Source of the DNA: a bacterium
GTDB lineage: Bacteria > Chloroflexota > Chloroflexia > Chloroflexales > Kallotenuaceae
NCBI GenBank assembly: GCA_016781525.1
Contig: JADDQE010000117.1
Coordinates: forward strand, 4,039 to 68,038
Reading direction: 5' to 3'
DNA length: 64,000 nt
Shown here: positions 1 through 9,703 of the stretch, piece by piece
Numbering within the stretch: position 1 is the stretch's first letter
Layout of the letters: every line of letters begins with the position of its first letter
Notes under the pieces: model-generated
What the model was told of the DNA's origin: nothing
The model's database searches: none
What the model saw: only the letters and a program-made list of their open reading frames with translations
Position numbers and translations under genes: made by a program

Positions 1-143
1 ACTGTGACGGGCCGTACTAGTTCGGCCACTGTCAGCAGGCCGATGGTCCTCCGTCGTGATACGTCTGTGGTGTCAATGAGTCGAAGCTGGCGTTTCTCCG
101 TCAGGCTCGTGCTTCAACGAGTGCTACGAAACTTGGAAGGACA

Positions 144-173
144 AGCTACCGGTCTTCAGACCGTGTAGTAGCT
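144..173 (-). terminator. compound hairpin just 3' of cysH (AGCTAC..GGTC-tgaa-GACC..GTAGCT)
   Basis: inverted repeat read by eye, begins 5 nt after the cysH stop (178-180); only a weak U-rich tail. Confidence 0.35.
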
Positions 174-177
174 GACC

Positions 178-897
178 CTAGGCTGGCTCCACGTGTAAGC
201 CGCACTCAGTTTTGCCGAAGCCTGCCCAGCGCCCGGAGCGGGGGTCGTCGGTCGTCGGGAGCTGCGTACAGGTGTGACACCCAATCGAGTGATAGCCCAG
301 GTCAAGGAGCGGGTTATAGGGCACGTTATGTGCGTGGATGTAGCGCCAAACATCTTGCTCGCTCCAGAAGGCGAGTGGATTGAGTTTGACAAGGTTGTAC
401 TTCTTGCTCCACTCAACTACCTGCGTCGCGCTCCGGGTACTGGCGCTGCCACGCCGTACTCCCGTTACCCATGCATCGTAGGGCGCGAGGGCCTCGGCGA
501 GGGGCAGCACTTTACGGAGCCGGCAGCAGCGCTCGGGGTCACGCGACCATAATGCCTCTTCCTCTGCCTTTGCCTGCTCGGCCACGCTTTGCGCTGGTCG
601 AGCCACCCGAATCCGCAGCCCGTAGCGCTCCTGCACCCGAGCCGCAAGCTCGTACGTTTCGCGGAAGAGCAAGCCTGTGTCGATATAGAAGATGGCTGTA
701 GCCGGTGCAATCGTGGCTACCATATCCAGCAGTACCATTCCAGCCGGGCCGCTGAAGGAACAGGAGAGCGCCATATGCTTGCCCCACTGCTCGGTCGCCC
801 ACGCAAGTATCTTCTGTGGAGGTGCCGACTGGAAGCGTGCATTCCAGCTTGGAACTTCCGCCGCGATCGCCTGACATTCTGAATGGGTCATGCTCAC
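178..897 (-). CDS. cysH: adenylyl-sulfate / phosphoadenylyl-sulfate reductase (thioredoxin-dependent), Fe-S APS-reductase subclass
   Basis: 239-aa ORF; PAPS-reductase family sequence with C-terminal ECGLH motif; CC (RCCRLRK) plus CxxC (SIGCHTC) cysteines typical of the 4Fe-4S subclass; 85 nt downstream of sulfite reductase on the same strand. Confidence 0.9.
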   Translation of the reverse strand: MSMTHSECQAIAAEVPSWNARFQSAPPQKILAWATEQWGKHMALSCSFSGPAGMVLLDMVATIAPATAIFYIDTGLLFRETYELAARVQERYGLRIRVARPAQSVAEQAKAEEEALWSRDPERCCRLRKVLPLAEALAPYDAWVTGVRRGSASTRSATQVVEWSKKYNLVKLNPLAFWSEQDVWRYIHAHNVPYNPLLDLGYHSIGCHTCTQLPTTDDPRSGRWAGFGKTECGLHVEPA

Positions 898-982
898 CTC
901 AACTCTTCGGTCGCGACATCATCAAGGGATCGTGAAATGGGTGATGCCGCCCACGAGGGGAATGAACGGCATCCAACAGCTG

Positions 983-2713
983 TTACACGACGGGAGCTTC
1001 CGCCACGAGATTGGTAGACGCCCAGTCACCGAACGCTTCACCGGGTCGCCGCTGCGACCGCCACTGATCGAGGAGCTCGGCCAACGTATCCACCAGCGCA
1101 CTTGCGCGCACATCTGGCCGGTAGAGCCGCGCGAGCCGCGTTCCTTCAAAACTGCCCCCGACATAGACGTTGTATAGGCCCAGGCTTCGGCCGACAATGC
1201 CGACTTCGGCTGATGGCGGTCGCGAGCAGGCATTTGGGCAGCCGCTCATCCGGATCCAGACGCGCTCGTTGCCGTAACCGCGCTGTTCGAGCTCTGCAAC
1301 GACATCTGGCAGGTAGCGCTCGCTTTCGGCGACGGCCAATCCACAGGTGGGCATGGCAGGGCACGCCATCGCGTATCGGCGGAGCGTACTCAGAGGACCA
1401 TCCGCGGTTAACAAGCCATACTCCGCCAGCAAGCGTTCGACCTCCGGCCGAGCTTCCGGCGCGATGTGCGTGAGGATAATGTTTTGCTGCGCCGTCAGCC
1501 GCAAGCCCGGCTGGAACCGCTCGACGATCGACCGCAAGCCGGTCTTCGCCTGTCGTTCGGGCGTATCCTTGATGCGGCCATTCTCGATCCAGACGCCGAC
1601 CAACCACGAGCCATCCGCCTGTTGGTGCCAGCCGAGGTGATCGTCGACACCGTACGCGCCGACCTCGGCAGCTGGCTCGAGTGCGAAGCCCAACCGTCTT
1701 GCAAGCTCCTCCTGGAACCAAGCGACACCTCGATCCTCAAGTACGTACTTGAGACGGGCGTGCCGCCGATTTGAGCGGTCGCCCCAGTCACGGTAAATCG
1801 CGGTTGCTGCCTCAAGGACGGGCAGAGCCTGCTCCGTCGGCAAGAAACCGATGCGGTCGCCGAGGCGGGGAAAGGTCTCGGCCTTGCCGTGCGTGCTGCC
1901 TAATCCACCACCCGCGATCAGATTGAAGCCCTGTAGCTGCCCAGTGTCGTCTAGCACGGCTTCCAGGGCGAGGTCATTGGTAAACACGTCGATGCAGTTG
2001 TCGTGGGGCAGGCCGATCGCCATCTTGTGCTTGCGCGGCATATAGGTTGGGCCGTAGAACGACTCGTCGCGCTTGGGCTGGACCTTGATGCGCGTCCCGT
2101 CGGCGAGAAACTTTGTGCCATCTAGCCACAGCTCGTAGTAGGCCGTCGAGTCCGGCAGAAAGCGATCGCTAATCTCCTGGGCCAGCTGCTGATAGTTGAG
2201 GGCATGTCCTGGGAGCAGATCGGCAACCGGGCAGGTCAGCACATTGCGCGCAACATCACCACAGCCGCCGTAGGTCGTCATCCACCGCTCATTGAGCGCG
2301 CGGATCAACTGCTTCAGGTTACCCTTGCCGACGCCATGGAATTGAAAATCCTGCCGGGTGGTGATCCGCAGCGTGTTGTTGGCAAGCGTCGAGGCTAGCT
2401 CATCCGCGAGGAGATATTGTTCGCTGGTCAAGCGACCGCCGGGAAATTTTGTGCGGACCATGAACTGCCAGGCGCGGTCGAGCCCCTGCTGTTTTCGCTG
2501 CTTGCGTTCATCTCGATCGTCCTGCTGGTAGCTGCCATGGAACTTGATCAGCTGCGCCGCATCTTCCGACAGGCGGTCGCTCGTGGTATCGGTGATCTCG
2601 AGCGGGATGGTTCCCGCGAGACCAGTACTGGCCTGCTTGAGCTGCTCGTTTTTGCTCGGCGGCAGCTGCGTCTGGCCTGGTGCCTGGGTCTCCTCCAACG
2701 GTGCAATGCTCAT
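983..2713 (-). CDS. sir: assimilatory sulfite reductase hemoprotein (Sir/CysI family, siroheme-4Fe-4S)
   Basis: track ORF 983..2893 trimmed to ATG at 2713 (MSIAPLEE..) preceded by GAGGAGG; family-typical KFHGSYQQDDRD, MACPAMPTCGLA and SGCPNACS regions; no cysJ flavoprotein nearby, so the ferredoxin type is plausible but not proven. Confidence 0.9.
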   Translation of the reverse strand: MSIAPLEETQAPGQTQLPPSKNEQLKQASTGLAGTIPLEITDTTSDRLSEDAAQLIKFHGSYQQDDRDERKQRKQQGLDRAWQFMVRTKFPGGRLTSEQYLLADELASTLANNTLRITTRQDFQFHGVGKGNLKQLIRALNERWMTTYGGCGDVARNVLTCPVADLLPGHALNYQQLAQEISDRFLPDSTAYYELWLDGTKFLADGTRIKVQPKRDESFYGPTYMPRKHKMAIGLPHDNCIDVFTNDLALEAVLDDTGQLQGFNLIAGGGLGSTHGKAETFPRLGDRIGFLPTEQALPVLEAATAIYRDWGDRSNRRHARLKYVLEDRGVAWFQEELARRLGFALEPAAEVGAYGVDDHLGWHQQADGSWLVGVWIENGRIKDTPERQAKTGLRSIVERFQPGLRLTAQQNIILTHIAPEARPEVERLLAEYGLLTADGPLSTLRRYAMACPAMPTCGLAVAESERYLPDVVAELEQRGYGNERVWIRMSGCPNACSRPPSAEVGIVGRSLGLYNVYVGGSFEGTRLARLYRPDVRASALVDTLAELLDQWRSQRRPGEAFGDWASTNLVAEAPVV

Positions 2714-2772
2714 GGATGCCTCCTCAATCCTGCTTCGCGACGGTGAAGCATAAAGCTCGCAGTTCAACTCCA

Positions 2773-2806
2773 ATAACAAACGCCCCCATCCGAAAGGATG
2801 GAGGCG
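2773..2806 (-). terminator. intrinsic terminator of the S-box expression platform
   Basis: minus-strand GCCTCCATCC-uuuc-GGATGGGGGC followed by GUUUGUUAUU, between aptamer and sir start. Confidence 0.6.
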
Positions 2807-2850
2807 ATCACCAAAGCTGTACGACAGGCACACAGAGCAAGGGCGACGGC

Positions 2851-2962
2851 CTCTCATCTTCCAGAAAGCTCTGCCGGAGTTAGCACCAGTCACAGCCAGT
2901 CATTGCCTGTGTGGTTGCCGGGGTTTCATCGGGCCGGTCCCTCCACCCCTCTGGATAAGAGC
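2851..2962 (-). promoter_or_regulatory. SAM-I (S-box) riboswitch aptamer
   Basis: minus strand reads CTCTTATCCAGAGGGGTGGAGGGACCGGCCCGATGAAACCCCGGCAACC...GGTGCTAACTCCGGCAGAG...GAAGATGAGAG, matching the remembered S-box core nearly position by position. Confidence 0.9.
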
Positions 2963-2985
2963 GCTGCCTTAGGTTGTTGCGCGTC

Positions 2986-3014
2986 AATATAAGTTATGCA
3001 GTCAAGATTGTCAA
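2986..3014 (-). promoter_or_regulatory. sigma-70-type promoter for the S-box/sir/cysH unit
   Basis: minus strand TTGACA - 17 nt - TATATT, ending about 25 nt upstream of aptamer helix P1. Confidence 0.6.
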
Positions 3015-3292
3015 GTATGAATCTTGAGCCTCACAAACGAGCAGTCAGGCTCGATGAAAAACAATCGGCTTGTTGCGCATGGAACGCTCTTTGCAACGGC
3101 TTCGCCGGTTGAGGGCGGGATTGGGCTGATTGACCACATTCCGGTATGGGGACAGGAGCGTAGAACGACGATTGAATAGTCCAGAGGCGCCATGTACTCC
3201 ATCCGGTTTATTGACGTTAGGGCAATAGGTTAGGATGGGCGGGGTGGAGGAGATTGAGCTCCCGGTCGATTGCCCAACTCAGGAGGTACGGC

Positions 3293-3649
3293 TCATAAAA
3301 GGCTCTGGAGTGCTGCCACAAGATAGGCAAGACCTTCAGGGAGGAGATACACATTGGTCGCGCCTATGACGCCGATTTCCGTGTTGCGCCGGCTCGAGGA
3401 AAGAAAATAGACCGGCAGAAGCGGATTGCAAGCTCGTGCGAATTGTAGCAGCTCGCTGGCCGTCCCATCCGGAATCTGGTCGGTGCCGATCACCGCGGTG
3501 AGCGTGAAACTGTGGAGTGGCGCCCAGGCTTCACGCATGGAGTGAGCTTCCAGCAGCAGCGCATCCGAGCACCAGTGGTCAAGTGTCCGCATTACGACTT
3601 GGTGGAGCGGAGTATTCTCATTGACGACAAGAATAATAGGACGGTGCAT
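3293..3649 (-). CDS. stand-alone CheY-like receiver-fold protein with degenerate phospho-acceptor pocket
   Basis: track ORF trimmed to ATG 3649 (MHRPIILVVNE..) after GAGGAG; beta1 NE instead of DD, TD at beta3, LP instead of KP at beta5. Confidence 0.45.
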   Translation of the reverse strand: MHRPIILVVNENTPLHQVVMRTLDHWCSDALLLEAHSMREAWAPLHSFTLTAVIGTDQIPDGTASELLQFARACNPLLPVYFLSSSRRNTEIGVIGATNVYLLPEGLAYLVAALQSLL

Positions 3650-3924
3650 GACTCCTCGCACCCAGTGGCACTGATGCACGCAGTCTAGGACGTGAACCTT
3701 ATCTCGAAGCTTACTCGAATGGAGTGACGTATAACCCTGTAATTCTGTAATCGGTCCGCCATCTGGTAAATTCGATCGTCTACCATGGAGCGATCTCTGC
3801 ATAACACTTCGGACCGCGGGCGAAGCCATCCCACGTTTGGCAGGGGCCCACAGGCGGCAATTCGAGGTACGACCAGCAGGTTCCTTGAGTGCTCCAATAC
3901 CTTAGCAAGAGAAGGGATAGCTGT

Positions 3925-4899
3925 ATGACAAACTTAAAGACCCGCCGGCTTGGAAAAACCGGCATCGACGTGACGGAAATTGGGATGGGCTTGTGGGCGG
4001 CAGGCGGCGACGCCTGGGGGCCGACGGACGACCATGCGGTGCTAGAGGCAATTGAATATGCGCTTGAGGTCGGTATCAATTTTTATGACACTGCGGACGT
4101 TTATGGCTCGGGCCACAGCGAGGAGCTGCTGGGCCGGGCGATGCAAGGTCGCCGAGAGCGCTTCATTGTTGCCAGCAAGATCGGCTGGCAGAATTTTGAC
4201 CGGGATCGCAACCAGACGGCGTACGACACTGTGGAGAAGCTCATTGCGGGAGTGGAAAGCAACCTACGCCGGCTGCAAACCGACTACATCGACGTAATGC
4301 AAAGCCACATCGGCTATCGCGAGCCGACGATGGAAATTTTCCTTGAAGGCTTCCAGAAGCTGCAGGCGCAAGGGAAGATTCGCGCCTACGGGGTTAGCAC
4401 CAGCGACTTCGACTATCTCCAGCACTTCAACCACGACGGACACTGCTCGACCCTGCAGATTGACTACAGCCTCTTGAACCGTACACCTGAGGAAGAGATT
4501 TTTCCCTACTGCCAAGAGCACAACATCGGCGTGATCATCCGCGGGCCGCTCGCCATGGGGATTCTGACGGGTAAGTTCAACGCGGAGACGCAGTTTGCGG
4601 AAGGCGACTTCCGGCAAGCCTGGCAAAACGATCCTGAACAGCACGAGGTCTTTCACTCTGATCTGGAGAAAGTTGAGCGCTTGCGCACGTTGGCGAACGG
4701 ACGGAGTCTTGCCCAGCTCGCGATCCAGTTTGTTCTCGCCCACCCCGCCGTCTCGACGGTAATCCCAGGTGCGAAGAGCACGGAGCAGCTCCGCGAGACG
4801 GTCGCCGCCGGAGCGTTGCCGCCGTTGACTGAGCATGAGCTCGCCGAGATCGCAGCTATAACTCCGGTTGGCGGTGGCCGCAAGATTTGGCCAGCTTAA
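3925..4899 (+). CDS. aldo/keto reductase
   Basis: MTNLKTRRLGKTGIDVTEIGMGLW.. N-terminus and full-length AKR-like sequence; start moved to ATG 3925 behind GAAGGGA. Confidence 0.85.
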   Translation: MTNLKTRRLGKTGIDVTEIGMGLWAAGGDAWGPTDDHAVLEAIEYALEVGINFYDTADVYGSGHSEELLGRAMQGRRERFIVASKIGWQNFDRDRNQTAYDTVEKLIAGVESNLRRLQTDYIDVMQSHIGYREPTMEIFLEGFQKLQAQGKIRAYGVSTSDFDYLQHFNHDGHCSTLQIDYSLLNRTPEEEIFPYCQEHNIGVIIRGPLAMGILTGKFNAETQFAEGDFRQAWQNDPEQHEVFHSDLEKVERLRTLANGRSLAQLAIQFVLAHPAVSTVIPGAKSTEQLRETVAAGALPPLTEHELAEIAAITPVGGGRKIWPA

Positions 4900-5142
4900 T
4901 CAGGTAGCGTGACCCGCGGCTGTGAATGGGGCGATTGAGGCCGGGTGGATACCCGCTCGGTCTCCTCGCAAGGACATGAACGTAGCTCACATGCGTTGGG
5001 GCAATGTCGTTGGCACTGCTTCCCGACGTTGTGTTGCTACGTTCAGCCACTGCGCCAGAATCGCTCGGCAACGCCAGGCACTGTTCGCTGCTCGCGCAGT
5101 ATGGCGCTGGAAGCAACGCTTCCGGTACATCATCCGAGGCAG

Positions 5143-7005
5143 CTACAACTGATAATCAATCCGACCATGCTCGAAACGCGCAACGCTCTCAGTCAATCCC
5201 CCGGGGCGATTGCGCGCGAGCCACAGCTTTTGGTACTCCTGGATGATCTGCTGCAGCTCATGGTCAAGCTCCCGTCGCGTCGCAGCGCTGCCGGGTTGTG
5301 AAGGCGCAATCGCCAACAGTCCCCGGCGACAGGCATGGCGCATCAGCTGAGCCGTAAACTCCCATTCGCGGAGAACCAAGCTCGCGTCACGCCGCTCCAT
5401 CCGCGCCTTCGACAGGGGGCGTACGGCTTCGTCGATTGCCGCCAGCGCTGCCGAGAAGCTCTCCACGGTCGGGATTTGCCACGAACGCTCGTGTAGCTCA
5501 TCAAAGGTGAGCTGGAGCACCCAGAAGAGCATGGAGCCGTTGTGGACGGCCAGACCTGGAACCTGGTACACGTTTCCTAGCTCGACGGCGACACGGCCCA
5601 TCGTACCCGTCGGATCACGAAAGGCATGAATGCTTACAGCTTGGGCGATGTCCAGCTCCTTGTTTTCGTTCCAAGCCCAGGCGTAGGCGGCGCCCGCCAC
5701 GAAGCCAAGGTAGCTAACTGGCAGCATTTGCCAGTGGCCGCGGTCACCCCAGTCGGTGATTAAGTAGCCGGCTGCACCATTCCTGAGGCCGGAGCTCGCC
5801 GCTGAGCGAAGGTTTTCAACCGCATTATCAGTTCGCCCGGCGAGGCTACACCACGAGGACGTTCCGGGACATACATAGAATTGCAAACCGGACGCGGCGT
5901 ACTGCGGGCAGGTGGCCGCAAATGGATGATCGGCCTCATAACCCCACTCTAATGCAAGAATGTCACGAGGGAGCTCCGGCAGCAGCTCGGGATACTGCAC
6001 GATAATATCGCCCCAGAACTGCATGACACGATCGCGTCGTTTTACCGCTTCATAGACCTTCAGCAGGTAGTCGAGATAGACTCGGCCTGCGCCACGCTCT
6101 GCAACCGCGGTACGGCTGCGGCCCTGCCCTACATCAATTGTCTCATCGCATCCGACATTGAACAGACGACTCGAAAAATAGGGAAGGAGATCGTCGAATA
6201 CGCTTTCGACGAGCGCAAGGCTCCCAGGGTCAATCGGGCACAGGCTGAATGGGCCCTGCATCGTGATGCCCCAGGGCGTATTAAATGTGTCGTGTGTCTC
6301 GGCAAGCGCGGCGTATGGCGGATGCATCAACCAGCGTGTCATATGGCCGAATGTGTTTTGATTGGGGACCAGCTCTATATGTCGCTCGCGGCAATAAAGA
6401 TCGAGCAGCCGGATTTCCTCGCCGGTGAATGGTGACGAGTTGGCCCAGACGGCGGGATGATTGCGGTACGCAAATGTATGCTCCGTGTACAGTTGAAGCT
6501 GGTTGATCTTCCAGCTGGCGAGCATATCGACCAGCTCCAGCAGTGTCGTCATCGACGGTACTTTGTCACGACTGACGTCCAGCATGACGCCGCGGACTGG
6601 ATAGTCGGGCCAGTCGACAATATGCAGGCACGGCAGCTGCATACCCGCCTGCTCTACGATTTGGATCAGCGTGCAGACTCCATAAAACATGCCGGTCGAC
6701 GTGCTCGCCTCGATGACGATTTGTTGCGGCTCAATTCGGAGCTCGTAGCCCTGATCGTGCTTGATCCGGTCGTGTGTAATTCGCAAGCAAGCGCCACCCG
6801 GGTTCTCTCCCATAACGGATGCAGCTGCAATGTCCCAGACGATACCGGCATGATCGAGCAGAGCGGCCTGGAGGCGCTGAGCGGCGCCAACCAAGTCAGC
6901 GGCTGGCTCCGACTGCAGCAGAATGTGCTGCTGTGAGGTGAGGGTATGGCGTCCTGGCGTGGGGGTGCAGGAGCGCGGCCGTGGCAGTAGTGCAAGCGTC
7001 TCCAT
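5143..7005 (-). CDS. glycoside hydrolase family 20-like (beta-N-acetylhexosaminidase family)
   Basis: DWPDYPVRGVMLDVSRDKVP.. TIM-barrel start and NVGCDET catalytic-pair region; start ATG 7005 (METLALL..) behind GAGGAG, 7044 also possible. Confidence 0.75.
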   Translation of the reverse strand: METLALLPRPRSCTPTPGRHTLTSQQHILLQSEPAADLVGAAQRLQAALLDHAGIVWDIAAASVMGENPGGACLRITHDRIKHDQGYELRIEPQQIVIEASTSTGMFYGVCTLIQIVEQAGMQLPCLHIVDWPDYPVRGVMLDVSRDKVPSMTTLLELVDMLASWKINQLQLYTEHTFAYRNHPAVWANSSPFTGEEIRLLDLYCRERHIELVPNQNTFGHMTRWLMHPPYAALAETHDTFNTPWGITMQGPFSLCPIDPGSLALVESVFDDLLPYFSSRLFNVGCDETIDVGQGRSRTAVAERGAGRVYLDYLLKVYEAVKRRDRVMQFWGDIIVQYPELLPELPRDILALEWGYEADHPFAATCPQYAASGLQFYVCPGTSSWCSLAGRTDNAVENLRSAASSGLRNGAAGYLITDWGDRGHWQMLPVSYLGFVAGAAYAWAWNENKELDIAQAVSIHAFRDPTGTMGRVAVELGNVYQVPGLAVHNGSMLFWVLQLTFDELHERSWQIPTVESFSAALAAIDEAVRPLSKARMERRDASLVLREWEFTAQLMRHACRRGLLAIAPSQPGSAATRRELDHELQQIIQEYQKLWLARNRPGGLTESVARFEHGRIDYQL

Positions 7006-7136
7006 AAACTGCTTCTCTCCTCGGCTTGGGGGGATAGCTCCCAAGCGGTCGTCGATGCGAATGCTAAGAATGATTGACGATATGATATCAGAATAGATCT
7101 ACGCAAAGCGGTAACGGAGTACGGGTGCGGAAGCTA

Positions 7137-7745
7137 TTATGCGAGGTGCATACCAAAAGCGATCCATTCTTGATGCTCTTGGACTTTGTGGAATCCGACT
7201 CGCTCATAAAACTGAATAGCTCGATGATTTCGCGTTCCAACCCCAAGATGTACGGCTGGAACATCGAGTGCTCGTAGCTGTTTGAGAAATGTCTGTACCA
7301 GAGCTCGACCCCAGCCTTGCCCCTGTCCCTCAGGCAGGATGTCGATATGCAGGTGCGCCGGAAACTCCGTTAGTCCCTCGGGCGGGTGATATCCCGCATG
7401 GATTAGGCGCATCATCCGCGCATCAGGTGAGACATCATCGACGGGAGGGAGTGGGTAGCGCTCACGCAGCGGAGGGAACCAGTGATGCTCGCACCAGTCT
7501 ACAAAGGTCTTGGAGTCTCGTGTTCCAAGAATGTAGCCGCATGGCCTCCCATCGTTCGTCAGCACAAAGCAAAGGCTGGGTTCACCGACCGCGTACGGAG
7601 CCGCGTAATAGTGCCCTAGGATGTCGGGATCAAGATAGAGCTCACTCGCATCTTCGCCGCTTGCTCCAGTACGTAAACAGATACGGTACAGCTCAACGAG
7701 ATCACTCGGATGGTATGGGCGGATCGTGAATCCCATCGCGGTCAT
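7137..7745 (-). CDS. GNAT family N-acetyltransferase
   Basis: C-terminal Q/RxxGxG/A-like [10 protein letters not shown] and FYERVGF motifs; ATG 7736 is an alternative start with better SD spacing. Confidence 0.8.
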   Translation of the reverse strand: MTAMGFTIRPYHPSDLVELYRICLRTGASGEDASELYLDPDILGHYYAAPYAVGEPSLCFVLTNDGRPCGYILGTRDSKTFVDWCEHHWFPPLRERYPLPPVDDVSPDARMMRLIHAGYHPPEGLTEFPAHLHIDILPEGQGQGWGRALVQTFLKQLRALDVPAVHLGVGTRNHRAIQFYERVGFHKVQEHQEWIAFGMHLA

Positions 7746-8115
7746 CCTCTCTCCATGCGAAGCCTATCGCTGCCAGAAGGTGGGCAGTACCTCGGGAAGC
7801 TCATGCTAGAAGTGGCTGACGTGGCCGGTTCCGATGAGACCACAGGGTATCGATAGGGGAAAGCAGTGCGGTAACAAGTGCGCCGCTAGCGTCACCGCCG
7901 GCAAGCAGGTCCATGATAAGGTATTGCACAAGTGAATTTCGTCTCGATCTTCCGGTGAGGCGCGATGCAAACAGCAAACTTGGCACCCGCTATGGATGCC
8001 TTCACCGTTTCGGGTCGTGGCGACGTGAGCGCTGAATATCAAGAAATTAATCTATTGCGCCGACGCGTTCTCGTTGGATATCCTGTCGGACACATGACTG
8101 GTGGTCTGCTACCTC

Positions 8116-9033
8116 TCAAAGCTGCCGCAATACATGCTGAGCCAACGCTTCCAGCCCGTCAATATCGTCTAGATCAAGCCAGCGCAGCATGATCCGTTGA
8201 ACGCCCGCCGCAGCGTACTGACCTAGCTGCTCGACCACGGCCGTCGGCGTGCCAATCACCGAGCCTTTCGCCCGCAGCTCTGCCTCGTTTCGCCCGGCCA
8301 GCCGACGACGCACCTCGGCGTCATCGCGTCCGAAGATTACCGTGGTCATCAACGAGCGCCGGACCATCCTGGGCTCGCGACCGAATGCGGCGAGCAGGGT
8401 GTTCAGGTGAGCATTTAGCTCGGCGAAGGCAGCCGGCGGAACGGAGACCGCATTCCACTCGTCGGCATAACGCGCGGCTAATGGTAAGCTGCGCCGCTTG
8501 CCCTTGCCGCCAATAAGAATCGGCGGACCGGCAGTGCGTGTTGGGCGTGGCAGTAGAGCCGCGTCGCGGAGTTGATAATAGTTGCCCTGGAAGGAAGCAG
8601 GCTCAGCGCTGCGCAGTAATCGGGTGATAACCTCCAGCCCTTCCTCGAACCGGGCGAAACGGCGCGGCACATCTAGCAGATCGAATCCGAAGTTATGATG
8701 CTCCCGCTCCTGCCAGCCTGCCCCCAGACCAAGTGTCAGCCGCCCGCCTGACAAGTCGTCGACCGCTGCCGCTTGGCGCACCATGATCGCCGGATGACGG
8801 AATGACAGGGGGGCAACCAATGGGCCAAACTCGATGCGCTTGGTATGGCTGGCGAGCCAGGCAAGGGAAATCCACAGCTCAAGGGAGGCTTGGTCGGGCG
8901 GCTCGCCATTCGTGAAATGGTCCGAGCGATATAATCCAACAAAGCCAAGCTCTTCCACGGCATGTGCAATACGTTGCCAGCGCTCCCAGGTCAGGCCCAT
9001 CTGGCCTTCAAGCATAATTGCAACTTCAATCAA
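8116..9033 (-). CDS. LLM-class (luciferase-like) flavin/F420-dependent oxidoreductase
   Basis: 305-aa ORF with luciferase-like monooxygenase family sequence (GFVGLYRSDHF.., LGLGAGW); TTG start 5 nt after GGAGGGG. Confidence 0.8.
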   Translation of the reverse strand: MIEVAIMLEGQMGLTWERWQRIAHAVEELGFVGLYRSDHFTNGEPPDQASLELWISLAWLASHTKRIEFGPLVAPLSFRHPAIMVRQAAAVDDLSGGRLTLGLGAGWQEREHHNFGFDLLDVPRRFARFEEGLEVITRLLRSAEPASFQGNYYQLRDAALLPRPTRTAGPPILIGGKGKRRSLPLAARYADEWNAVSVPPAAFAELNAHLNTLLAAFGREPRMVRRSLMTTVIFGRDDAEVRRRLAGRNEAELRAKGSVIGTPTAVVEQLGQYAAAGVQRIMLRWLDLDDIDGLEALAQHVLRQL

Positions 9034-9060
9034 CTGCCCCTCCGCTTAGCGAAGCTGAAG

Positions 9061-9582
9061 CTACCCGTTCTCTGCTTCGCCCTCGGATGGCCCGCCAAGT
9101 CCCTCGCGCGCGAGATGGCTCTCTACAAGCAGGAGGCCCGCATCCCCGGCACGTCGTACCATACCGAGCAGAAGCTCCATGCTCGCCATCTCCTCTAGCT
9201 GCTCGCTGATGAACCATTCTAGGACATTGCGCGCGATGTGATTGTTTTCCTTAATCGCGCGATCCATCAGTGCGTTAATCTGCTGGGTAACTGTACGCTC
9301 CCAATCCAACGAAAGCTGCACCGCTTCCTGTGCCGAGCTAAACTGGCTACGAGGAGCGGGGATTGCTGGAATAGCGAGGTTTCCATCTGCATCGACGATA
9401 AACTTGACGAAGCGCATCGCATGATCACGCTCTTCCGTCGCCTGCTGGTAGAAGTGCCGGGCAAGCACGGGCAAGTTATCGCGATCGAAGTACGCCGCGA
9501 TCGCCACGTATTGAAGCGAAGCTCCAAACTCGTGCCCAACCTGCTCATTCAAGGCGTTATTTAATTCTGCACTGAGCAACAT
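9061..9582 (-). CDS. ferritin (non-heme, Ftn type)
   Basis: LNEQVGHEFGASLQYVAIAAYF..EERDHAMRF ferroxidase-centre pattern; AAGGAAG SD. Confidence 0.85.
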   Translation of the reverse strand: MLLSAELNNALNEQVGHEFGASLQYVAIAAYFDRDNLPVLARHFYQQATEERDHAMRFVKFIVDADGNLAIPAIPAPRSQFSSAQEAVQLSLDWERTVTQQINALMDRAIKENNHIARNVLEWFISEQLEEMASMELLLGMVRRAGDAGLLLVESHLAREGLGGPSEGEAENG

Positions 9583-9703
9583 AAGAACTTCCTTTCAGCT
9601 ATACGATATGCGGCAAAAAAATCGAATATCACCAGTATCAACAGCGCACCTATCCCTCGAAAATTCCTGTCCAGGAATTCTCCCGCAGTTACAGTCTCTC
9701 CAT

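Noticed and set aside
1-143. Possible start of another minus-strand gene downstream of cysH (GGAGGACC..GTG..), running off the left edge.
   Set aside because: No canonical start sits at proper SD spacing, and too little sequence is available to recognise a product.
2714-2893. N-terminal 60-codon extension of the sulfite reductase ORF. Comparable 5' extensions in the track affect 3293..3829, 3889.., 12531.., 14284.., 16472..17377, 47305.., 52459.. and 56563...
   Set aside because: The extensions run through riboswitch, terminator or promoter sequence or lack an SD. Internal ATGs with GGAGG-type SDs give family-typical N-termini.
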